Below are positions 13,291 through 24,099 of a stretch of 62,000 nucleotides of DNA, piece by piece. The DNA lies in NCBI RefSeq assembly GCF_004010195.1, contig NC_057756.1, forward strand, positions 7,608,473-7,670,472, in the 5' to 3' direction. The position numbers and the translations under genes are program-made. Numbering within the stretch: position 1 is the stretch's first letter; each line of letters starts with the position of its first letter. This stretch comes from Chiloscyllium plagiosum. Its lineage: Eukaryota. The notes under the pieces are model-generated. The model ran no database searches, was not told the DNA's origin, and saw only the letters and a list, made by a program, of their open reading frames with translations.

Positions 13291-14730
13291 ACCTGATCAT
13301 ATTTAGGTTTCTGAATGTCATCTACTGTATTTTATCGTCCAGAAACAAGGGCCTTGATTTTAACTGGTGACTGCGGTCTCAGATTTCAGGTACCATAAAA
13401 TAATAGTCCAGAAAAGAACCCATATTGCTTTCAGTCACTTTCCCACTCGCTCTTCTAAAGTTAATGACTCAAACCTTTCTTGGTTACAAGTCTCTGTGGC
13501 TGATCTGATCTATTCGCATGCATCAACAGGCATGTGGCTTCCAAACTCTAAACGATTGGTCACTCTCTGTCCTGCCTCTAGTCATTGGTTGCTGAAATTC
13601 ACATGGATAGTCTTGCTACTTAAACGTGACAACACCTATGTATCCTGAACTGTATCTGACATTTCATTACAATCAAACCCAACTGAGAACGAATACAAGT
13701 GTATTTAATCTGCTCCAATTCCGATTTCAAAACATTTCCATTCACCATGATCCAGTGGATCTTACTTCAACTATGGGTCAACTTTCAAACTCATGTTATT
13801 GCTCCCAAACCCCATTATGTCCTCTGTCCTCCATCACAATGCCACCTTCTGTATCTCTATGGGAAGGTCGCTCTCTGACTATTCCATTCCTCCATATATC
13901 GACTGATGCTTTAAAGCCATCCAGCATTATGAAAGGTATAAACATACATCCGACCTTATGAGTCAGTAGGAGTAGGTCATCTGAAATCTAGAGGCTACAC
14001 CAACATTGGATAAGCCCAAGGCTGATAAGATTATGGCTTTAATTCCACATTGTAGCCTACCACTGACACTTTGACCACCTCTTCATCAGACATCAAATTG
14101 CATGCATCTCGTGAGTATTATATGACTCTGTCCCCATCACTCTCTGGTTAGAAAGTTACAAAGATATAATTTTGTGTTAAGGACTTTCAGCAAGAACTGA
14201 CTCTGAAGCATTGCTAACTCCTCAATCATTAAAGGTGTATGTCTCATAACTCTTTTCTTTTCAATATCACTTTTAGAACTATGTTCGTGCTTCACTTTTG
14301 ATCATCTACCATATTATTTCTTCTTAGGGTTCAGTGTCATTGTTGCAGGGTGAATCCTACTGTGAAATACTTTCATAAATCCTAGTTCTTTATAAACATG
14401 TTCCTTTTGTGACTGACTTATAGTATTCTTTAACAATAGCTTTGCTTGTATTTATAGATTATATTGTGTTTAGTTCCATTTAGTTCCTATTTCTCTGAGG
14501 GAAGTCCATATCACAATGATATTAGGAATGTGGGTAGGACAGCCAAGGTAGGTACACGCTCACTGTCTGATGTCACAGCAAAATGGAATAGTTTTATCTT
14601 GTTCCTCGATGGTCAACTGGACACTTTCTCCAAGTCGGATAGAGGACAAAGAGCTCAAATACCCAGCTCTGTTGAATGAATATTTTAAAACAAAACTATG
14701 GTTATCCGATGAGGACACAGACAGGCTGAG

Positions 14731-14935
14731 TGTAGTCATTGGATCAAGGTCAGCCAGGTGGACCTCAGAGAATAGGAATTCCCTGATTGGGGCTGGTAAT
14801 CAGGTCCAGCCAGAGAGCCCTGACTGACTGACATAAACCGGAGTGTCAGGGGCTCTGCTCACTCGAGGAGCTGGTATTTAGCTAGTTGGGACAGTGGCAT
14901 GTACAATAAGAGGATACTGGCCTCTCTGGAGCTGT
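14731..14935 (+). mobile_element. Putative LTR (paralog 32761-32910)
   Basis: Starts TGTA in both units, with CCAAT-like, TATA-like and AATAA motifs in LTR order, and lies upstream of the Gypsy internal remnant. The 3' end is unclear. Confidence 0.4.
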
Positions 14936-15094
14936 GACTGACTGCACGAGTGTGTGTTTGTGCATAACATGTACAGTCCCCGGCGTAGGGGCATGATGGT
15001 GTGACAGTCTATGTGTGAGTTGGTGATGATTCAGTCAAAATCACAGACAAATTGAAATTGGAGCTCTAATTAACCAGTAGAACCTCTTGAAATG

Positions 15095-16560
15095 GTTTCT
15101 ACAGGAAGGCAGGAAAGAGATTGCTGCACCTTTCGCAATGATTTTTGCATCCTCACTGTTCTCTGGAGTAGCGCCAGATGTTTGGAGTGTGGCCAATATT
15201 GTTCCCTTGTTCCAGAAAAGGAATAGGGATAATCCTGGAAATTGTGGACCAGTCAGTCTAACCCCAGTAGTGGGTAAGCAATTGCAGATAATTCTGAGAG
15301 ACAGGATTTATGATTGCTTGGAAAACTGTAGTTTGATTAGTGGTAGTCAGCATGACTTTGTGAGCGGCAGGTCATGCCTCACAAACCTTATTGAAATCTT
15401 TCAGGATGTGACAAAGCACATTGGTGAAGGTAGAACAGTGGATGTGGTGTCCATGGATTTTAGCAAGGCATGTAATAAGGTTCCCCATGAAAGGCTTATT
15501 CAGAAAACAAGGAGGCATGGGATATAGGAAATTTGGCTGCCTGGATTCAGAATTCGCTGGCTGATAAAAGATGGAAAGTACTCAGTGTGGATCTCAGTGA
15601 CCAGTGGTGTTCCACAGGGATCAGTTCTGGGATCTTTGCTCTTTGGATGAGGAAGTGGAAGGGTGGGTTAGTATGTTTGCCAATAACAGAAGGTTGGTAG
15701 AGTGGTGGATAGTGTGGAGAGCTGTTGTAGGTTACAACGGGAGGATGCAGAACTGGGCAGATAAGTGGCAAATGGAGCTCACCCTGGAAAGGTGTGAAGT
15801 GATTCACTTTGAAAGTTGGAATTTGAATACAGGGTTAAAGACAGGATTCTTGGTAGTGTGGAGGAACAAAGGATCTTGGGATCTGTGTCCAAAGGTCGCT
15901 CAAAGTTTCCACCCAGATTGATAGGTTTGTTAAGAAGGAGTATGGTATGCTGGCTTTCATTAGCAGGGCGGTTGAGTTTAAGAGCTACGAGGTTATGTTG
16001 CAGCTCTTTTAAGCACTGGTTAGACCACACTTGGAATATCATGTGCAGGCCTGGTCGCCTCATCTGAGGAAAGATCTGGAAGCTTTAGAGAGGGTGCAGA
16101 GGAAATTTATCAGGATGCTGCCAGGAGGGCATGTCTTATGAAGAACTGTTAAGGGAGCTAGGGCTTTTCTCATGGGAGCGAAGAAGAATGAGAGGCGAAA
16201 TGATAGTGGTATACAGGATGTTGAGAGACATCGATACAGTGGATAGGCTGGGGCTTTTTCCCATGGCAGAAACGTCCATCATTAGGGGGCATAATTTTAA
16301 GGTACTCGAAGAAAGGTTTAGGGCAGATGTCAGAGGTCAGTTCTTTACACAGAGAGTGGTGGGTGTGTGGATTGAACTGCCAGCAGTAGTAGTAGAGACA
16401 GATACATTAGTGTCATTTGAGTGACTCTTGAGGATCGGCATATGGGACATAGTACACTGAAGCGTATGTAGGTTAGTCTGATCTTAGAGAAGGATGAAAG
16501 GCTGGCACAACACTGAGTGCCCAGTGACCTGTACTGTGCTGTACTGTTCTCTGTTCTATG
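15095..16560 (+). mobile_element. CR1 LINE, RT domain to 3' end, degenerate
   Basis: ANIVPLFQK...PVSLTPVVGK...SQHDFVSGRSCLTNL...MDFSKA and a (tgttcta)n tail. Confidence 0.88.
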
Positions 16561-17975
16561 TTCTTAGCTGAAGCCCAACAGGAACTCAAACAGGCACTAC
16601 AACTGGAAAATGCAGCAAGTGGAGCATCTGAGTTCCAGGGTATTCTGACGGAAGTGGACACCCTCACCAGGCTGACTGAGCTTGTGGAACACCACTTGAG
16701 TGCACAACGTCGCTCAGGAAATATCCTGAATGGAGAGACATCAGGTCAGCCCACAGCATAATTCCGAAACAAAGCCAAGTCCTAGTCAAATTGTTTAAAT
16801 TTTCTCAAGGATCCAAGCCATTGTAGTTGTTGCTGGTTGGCAGGATTGAGACAGCAAAAGATTTCCCCTATGCTTGAATTAACTAAGAGAGCTCACATGC
16901 CGGTATCCAAGACAGTGCACCCCCTGGAGAGTCCACCTGCAGCTGGTTTGGAACCATTAAATTGCTTAGCAACAACCAAATCAGGCCCAAACAAACATCT
17001 GGTTAAATGGTGGCCACTTCTCACGGAATTTGAGACCAATATGTCGTTTTCAGTGATTGCAGAACCAGTCTTGAATAAAATTCACTGTGGAGTTGAATCC
17101 TTAAGTGTAAGACATTGACCAGGCTGAGAGCCTGTGCTGGGAGCCCTTTACAGAAAAAGGGGACAACTTTGGTTCCGGTCTGTTATGAGAAGCAGCTGGC
17201 TCAGTTCCCACTGGTTGTAGTAAAAAGCTCGGGCCCAAGCCTGTAAGGGCAAAATTGTTTGAGAAAGTTTCAACTTAATTGGCTCAACATTTTTCGACTA
17301 GAAAATGACTGCCTGAGTGAAGTCCTTATTAAATAACCAGATGGTTTTCAGGAATGGTTAGGGACTATCAAACGGGTGTAGGCCACTTTATGTGTTGACC
17401 TGGAAGCAATTCCATGATTCTGCAAGGCCCGCCCAGTGCCATTTGCCTTACAGGCAAAAGGAGAGGTAGAAATCAGGAGGCAGGAAAGTGAAGGAATCAT
17501 CAAACCAGTGCAGTTTGCAGAATGGGCAGCACTGGTCGTACTGACTGTGAAGCCCAAAGGGTTGGTTCATCTTTGTGGGGATGTTGAGCAAATGGTAAAT
17601 GGCTTTTCATGGCTGGATAAATACCCAGTCCCTGGCATACGGGGCTCATACACAAAACTGGCAAGAAAGCGTTCCTTGCTGAAACTGGGTGAACCATGTG
17701 TACAAGTGGTCAGATAAGGAATCCCAGAAGTACGCTACAATTAATTCCCATAAAGGTTTGTACCAATATACAAGACTACTATTAGGGGTATCATCAGCCT
17801 GTGCAATTTTCCAGCGGACAATGAGAACATTTTACCAGGGCTACCCCAGGTCACGATTTATCTGGGTAATGTGTCAATAACTGGGAAAACCAATAAAGAG
17901 CATTAAGAGAATTTGGAGGTAATGCTTAATCATTTCTCCAAAGCAGGTGGAAGTTTTAGGAAGGAAAGTATCTAT
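16560..17975 (+). mobile_element. Ty3/Gypsy LTR retrotransposon internal remnant (gag-protease-RT)
   Basis: PFALQAK...EGIIKPVQFAEWAA...HLCGD...DKYPVP and TINSHKGLYQYTRL..GVSSACAIFQRTM; YLDD decayed to YLGN; multiple frameshifts. Confidence 0.85.
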
Positions 17976-17979
17976 ACAA

Positions 17980-18396
17980 ACAATGTAACAATGAATGATC
18001 ATCAATAAAATATTGCTCTAGCAGCAATTCAAAAAGTCATCCACTGCTGCCTCATAGCACCAGGGACCTAGGTTCAAATCCAGCCTCGGGTGACTGACTG
18101 TGTGGAGTTTGCACGTTCTCCCCGTGTCTGCATGGGTTTCCTCTGGATGCTCCGGTTTCCTCACACAGTCCAAAGATGTGCAGGTTAGGTGAATTGACTA
18201 TGCTATATTGCCCACAGTGTTAGATGCATTAGTCAGAGGGAAGTGGGTCTGGGTGGGTTACTCTTCGGAGGGTCGATGTCAACTTATTGGGCTGAAGGGC
18301 CTGTTTCCACACTGTAGGTAATTTAATCTAATTGAATTGCAAATGGAAAAAAATGTGTTCATACAGCATTAAGGAGCCTGATGGCTTGGCTGAAGA
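17980..18396 (-). repeat. Inverted copy of 20689-21141 (SINE plus both flanks)
   Basis: acaatgtaacaatgaatgatc... and ...gatggcttggctgaaga are reverse complements of the 21121-21141 and 20689-20750 flanks. The enclosed SINEs share diagnostic variants. Confidence 0.88.
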
Positions 18397-18502
18397 TAAG
18401 ATTGGGAATTTTTGAAAAGGACTTAAGGCTTTACTTTTTCATGCAGAGGATGGTGCGTGCATGGAATGAGCTGCTAGAGGGAGTAATGGAGGCTGGTACA
18501 AT

Positions 18503-18603
18503 TAGTTGAAACTTTATTGCTGGAACAGCACAGCAGGTCAGGCAGCATCCAGGGAACAGGAGATTCGACGTTTCGGGCACAGGCCCTTCTTCAGGAATCA
18601 ATT
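18503..18603 (-). mobile_element. Penelope-type 3' fragment inserted into a CR1, with ggtacaatt target duplication
   Basis: Interrupts the CR1 sequence gaggctggtacaatt|acaac, with ggtacaatt on both sides; contains AATAAA and a hammerhead core. Confidence 0.65.
18562..18599 (-). ncRNA. Minimal type I hammerhead ribozyme motif
   Basis: GAUUC-CUGAAGA-A-GGGC-CUGU-GCCC-GAAA-CGUC-GAAUC: 5-bp helix I, full core, 4-bp helix II, palindromic ACGU helix III and GUC cleavage triplet. Confidence 0.72.
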
Positions 18604-20749
18604 GGTACAATTGATGGTACAATTACAACTTCAAAAGGTGTTTGGAGGTATATATATATAGGAAGAGTTTAGAGGGATATGAGCCAAGTCCTGGTAAAAG
18701 ATTAATTTAAGATATCTTGAAGGCATAGATGAGTTGGACCAAAAGGTCAATTTCTTGCTCCATGACTCAATGAAAAGGAATCTGCTGTTGGGACACCCCT
18801 ATTCAAAATTGGAGAGAGGAGAAAAATAGGTAAGTGTAGGTCAGTTAGTTTAACATCTCTTTCTGGGAAAATGCTGGAGTCTACTAGAAAAGATGAAATC
18901 AGAATATTTTAAAACATGTTATATCATCAAACAGAGTGAGCATTAGTTCGTGGTAGGAAACTGACACCTGGAAATTAGGTAAAGTATTAGGATTTCAACA
19001 AGGTGTCACTCATGAGACTACTTTGTTGGATAGGAACTAACAGCGTAGGGTGTAGAATATGACCATATATAGAGGATTTGCTAACTAATAGGAAACAGTG
19101 AGTTAGTATAGAGAAAACCCCATAGGATGATGACTCATTCAGGCCACAAAAATTGACAATATATTATAGTGATGTGAATGACGGAAATGAATGTTCTGTC
19201 ATCATTTTATGGTCATGTGCACATGGGTGGGAAGGCAAGGAATAAGGATGGCCCAAGGAGGCCACACAGTAATATAGACAGGTTAAGTTAAATGGACAAA
19301 AATGCTTGATAGATAGAATGTAAAGTGGGAAAGCGTGAGTTTGCACATTTTGTCAGGAAGTATAGGGGAGTTGAGAATTATTTACAATGGGTAAAGGCTG
19401 GAGAAATCTTCAGTAGAAAGAAATTTATGAGTCCGAGTGTATAAATCACAAAAAGGTGTCAGAGTCATAGTGTCATAGAGATTTACAGCACAGAAGCAGA
19501 TATTAATGTTGTCCCATTTGTCAGCAGTTGGCCCCTATTCCCTCTGAACCCTTCCTATTCATATACCCATCCAAATGCCTTTTAAGTGCTGTCATTGTAC
19601 CAGCCTTCACCACATCCTCTGGCAGCTCACTCCATTCATGTACCACACTCTGCTTGAAAACATTATTCCTTAGGTCCCTTTTATATCTTTCCCCTTTCAC
19701 CCTAAACCAACGTCCTCTATCTCTGTGCTCCCCCACCCCAGGGGAAAGACCTTGTCTATTTACCATGATTTTATAAACCTCTATAAGATCACCCCGAATC
19801 AGTGGGTAACAGTGGGTAAAGAAAATGGAACATAAAAACAGTGAGTAGTTGCTAAATCTAAAGACAGCACTTGGTCAGACCGCCCTGACATACTGTGAAC
19901 ATTTCTGGTCCCCTCATGTAAGGCAAGATATTGGAGGTAGTCCAGGACAGATTCTCTCGTATGATTCCAGGTTATGGAGGAATTTTCTTTGGAGAAAAGG
20001 TTGTGTAGAATGGGCTTCTAATCATTGAGTTTTTGACGCATGAGAAGAGTCTGGATGTCTTAGTGTCATGTGGTTTAATTTATTAATAATGACAAATAAC
20101 AACAAGTAAATCTAACCTGATATCCATATATTGAAAGAAATCTGACTTTGATAGGATGAGTCAAGACTTGCCATGGTGAAATGAAATTCACGACGTGAGT
20201 AGCAAACTTTTAGTGCACCTTGGAAAGCGTCTGATGCACATGGATCACCGTTTGGTAGGGCAACTACTGTGCTCCAGACCACAAGACATTCCAGAGAGTT
20301 ATGAACACAGCCCAATTCGTCTCAAAAGTAGCCCTCCTTCCACTGACTCCGTCCACCTTTCTAACTGCCTCAGGAAACCAGCCAAGGTCATCAAAGACTC
20401 CTCCCATCCCGGTTATACTCTCTTCTACTCTCTTCCATAAGGCAGAAGATACAACAGTTTGAAAACATTTACCAATAGAATCAAAAACAGCTTCTTCCCT
20501 GCTGTTATCAGACTTGTGAATGGGTCTCTCTTCCCCCATTACAGACATTAACACCACAGGGTGCATCCGCAAGGCCAATGGTATTGTGGATGACCCCACA
20601 TATTCCTCATTCAAATTCTTCTCCCTCCTGCCATCTGGCAGAAGGTACCAGAGCATTCGGTCTCTCACAGCCAGACTGTTCAATGGTTTCTTCAGCCAAG
20701 CCATCCGGCTCCTTAACGCTGTATGAACACATTTTTTTCCATTTGCAAT

Positions 20750-21068
20750 TAGATTAGATTAGATTACCTACAGTGTGGAAACAGGCCCTTCAGCCCAACA
20801 AGTCCACATCGACCCTCCGAAGAGTAACCCACCCAGACGCACTTCCCTCTGACTCATGCATCTAACACTATGGGCAATATAGCATAGTCAATTCACCTAA
20901 CCTGCACATCTTTGGACTGTGTGAGGAAACTGGAGCATCCAGAGGAAACCCATGCAGACATGGCAAGAACTTGCAAACTCCACACAGACAGTCACCCGAG
21001 GCTGGATTTGAACCTAGGTCCCTGGTGCTGTGAGGCAGCAGTGCTGACCACTGAGCCACCGTACTGCC
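20750..21068 (-). mobile_element. HE1/V-SINE-like tRNA-derived SINE
   Basis: A-box/B-box head, tgtgtggagtttgca core and (atcta)n tail; absent at paralogous ~4810. Confidence 0.85.
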
Positions 21069-21835
21069 CCAAATGTTTGGATGACTTTTTGAATTGCTGC
21101 TAGAGCAATGTTTTATTAATGATCATTCATTGTTACATTGTAACTTGTCCACCACTGGGCCTTTTGTCTTGCCTTCTCAGGAATTATTCTGCTGCCTTGC
21201 ACTGTTTTGCACTTTTCTATGCACTTTATGCTGCCCTGTGTATGACTGCACACTTGTGTAGTCTGTGTGTTCATATAGCACCTTGGTCCTGTAGGACCGC
21301 TCTCTCATTTTTATTGGGCCAGCTGTATGTGGTAGAAATTACAAATAAAGTTACTCTACTCTACTCTACCTCTGTATATTAAAGCTGATCGCTTTCTGCA
21401 CCTTCTTGGTCGCTGGAACACTATATTCTGCATTCTATTCTATTATCCTGATGCACTTATGTCAGGTGTGATCTGCCTGGATAGCACACAAAACAATATG
21501 TTTCACTGTTTCTCAGTGCATGAGACAAAGAAATCAAATCCACTGTAGCAGGATAATGAGTGGTCTATTCCACTGGAATCTTTGTGAAACTGGTCAGTTC
21601 CATTGCAATGTAACAATTTTCATAATATCCAAAACTATAGCTCATTGGATGGCGATGGTGATGATAATACAACAAAAACAGTGTTAAATGATATGTTTCA
21701 ATTGAAAAGACTTACATGGAAACATACAAATTATAAGCATGTGAGAGGACAGGTGAAGAGGAAAATTGGACGTACAGCGAAAAGCAAATGCCTTGGCAAT
21801 TAATTTGAAAGGGAATCCAAAACATCTTTCATGAT

Positions 21836-22567
21836 GTGGCACAGTGGCTCTGTGGTTAGCACTGCTGCCTCACAGCACCAGGGTCCCAGGTCCAATTCCA
21901 GCCTCGGGCGACTGTCTGTGTGGAGTTTCCACATCCTCCCCGTGTCTGCGTGGGTTTCCTCTGGGTGCTCCGTTTTCCTCCCACAGTCCAAAGATGTGCA
22001 GGTCAAATGAATTAGCCATGCTAAATTGTCCCATAGTGTTAGGTGCAGTAGTCAAAGGGGATTGGGACTGGGTGGGTTACTCTTCGGAGGGTCAGCAGGT
22101 AGTGAAGAAGGCTAATAGCATGCTGGCCTTCATAACAAGAGGGATTGAGTATAGAAGCAAAGAGGTTCTTCTGCAGCTGTACAGGGCCCTGGTGAGACCA
22201 CACCTGGAGTACTGGGTGCAGTTCTGGTTTCCAAATTTGAGGAAAGACATTCTGACTATTGAGGGAGTGCAGCGTAGGTTCACAAGGTCAATTCCTGGAA
22301 TGGCAGGATTACCATACACTGAAAGACTGAAGCGACTGGGCTTGTATACCCTTGAGTTTAGAAGACCGAGAAATCAAGGGTTATGGAGATAAGGCAGGAA
22401 CAGGATACTGATTAGGAATGATCAGCCATGATTATATTGAATGGTGGTGCAGCCTCGAAGGGCTGAATGGCCTACTCCTGCACCTATTGCCTATTGTCTA
22501 TTGTCAGTGTGGACTTGCTGGGCTGAAGGGCCTGTTTCCATACTGTAGGTAATCTAATCTAATCTAA
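21836..22567 (+). mobile_element. HE1-like SINE split by a CR1 3' fragment (22096-22502)
   Basis: The SINE resumes after the (ctattgt)n tail; GTCAG is duplicated at 22091-22095 and 22503-22507. Confidence 0.85.
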
Positions 22568-24099
22568 TATGAAAATGGAATGTAATAGGAAGCATTATAG
22601 GTCCACTTTGGGTCAAAGTGCAAGATTTATGCTCAGAATGTTAGAAACAGTATAGAACTGTGAGGATTGCTTTGCACTGATGTTTACTAATGAAGGAGAT
22701 GTTGATTAATATCAATAGCAGTGGAGACCGTGGTGTGAAATCTGTTTGAAAGGAGGTAACAGAAAGGTAGTTGAAGCTTTGATTGGAATTTGGGCCTGAT
22801 CTGTCCCGTATGGAATTACAGCTTTGAAAGGAAGCAAAGGGTAAATTATGGAATAAGTTGTTATCTTCATTCAGATTCCAGAAAAAGGAAGAATCCACCA
22901 AAGAACTTGAGAGCAGCAAACTTGATGGGTTTAGCTCAGAACAAACGGAGAGATTTCCAATGGTAATTTTCAAATTTCCAGGATTCCAGTGTAGCTATTT
23001 TTAAATGACTGATGAATAAACAACACACATTGAATGGAAACATTAAAACAAACATTAAAGCAAACAGTCTTGGGTTCATTGATTTTGAGGTCATTGTAAA
23101 TGCAGGAAGATTGTTCACAAGTCCATCCAGAACAACAGCTTACAGTATCAGAAATATACCATTGAGCACAAAGATAGCAAAAAACAAAGTTCTCGCAGAC
23201 CGTGGTGATCCTGTGGAATTCTCTGCCAAAGCAGTGAATATTTTCAAGAAGGCAATAGATTTTTTTTTTAGACTAAGGTGATTAAAGAATGTCAGGAGAA
23301 AGCTGGGAGCAGAGTCCTGGGTTGGATGATCAGCCATCATTAATATTGGGGGGTGAAGTAGATTTGAAAAACCAAATGGCCTCACCTTACTCATATTGTA
23401 TGTCTCTATGTTTGATTTGGATGCCCCTGTAGAAACAGCAGCACCTTATTGGCTTGAGCTGCTGTATTACTTTGGCTGTTTAGCTCAGGTTGCTGGATCT
23501 GTCAAACGCAAGTACTGGTTTCAGTCTCTGTAGGAATTTGGGATGCTGCATCGATTTATAAACCTGAGGGACAACCTTTTCATGCAGAAGGTGGTGCATG
23601 TATGGGACAAGCTGACAGATGAGGTGATAGAGACTGGTTCAATTATAACATTGAAAAGGCATCTGGATAGGCATACAAATAGGAAAGATTTAGAGGGATA
23701 TGGGCCAACTGCTGGCAAATGGGACGAGGTCAGATTGGAATGTCTGGTCGGTGTGGACACATTTAACCAAGGGTCTGTTTCTGAGCTGTATAACTCAATG
23801 ACTATGATTTTTGCAATCCATTGCCCATTGGGATTGTTCTACCAATGAGTCATCCAGGTTGTAAGCCTTTTCTTTGGTATTTTCCTATGTAGTCAGAACT
23901 AAATAATTTGAATGCATACAGGGACTTAGTATCTCGGTGCTAATATATTTTACCAAACTGATCAGAAATAGTAATGATGCAACTTCAGCATTCCCTTGGG
24001 AATCGGAAAGAGTATAAAATAGTTTCTGAATACAGTAATACTGTGTTCAACTCGAAGGTTTTGGCTTCATTACCCAGGAACAGAGCTCTCATACACAAA

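Larger units (their letters stand above)
2400..15090 (+). repeat. Segmental duplication unit 1
   Basis: Colinear homology with 18400-33610 through unique DNA and shared old TE insertions (e.g. 2680~18770, 5600~22600, 9680~26780, 13360~31400, 15050~33570). Confidence 0.9.

Noticed and set aside
21844..22392. 182-aa ORF and similar recurring short ORFs (WLALLPHS..., DCGRKPEHPEETH...)
   Set aside because: Chance read-through of SINE and CR1 fragments.
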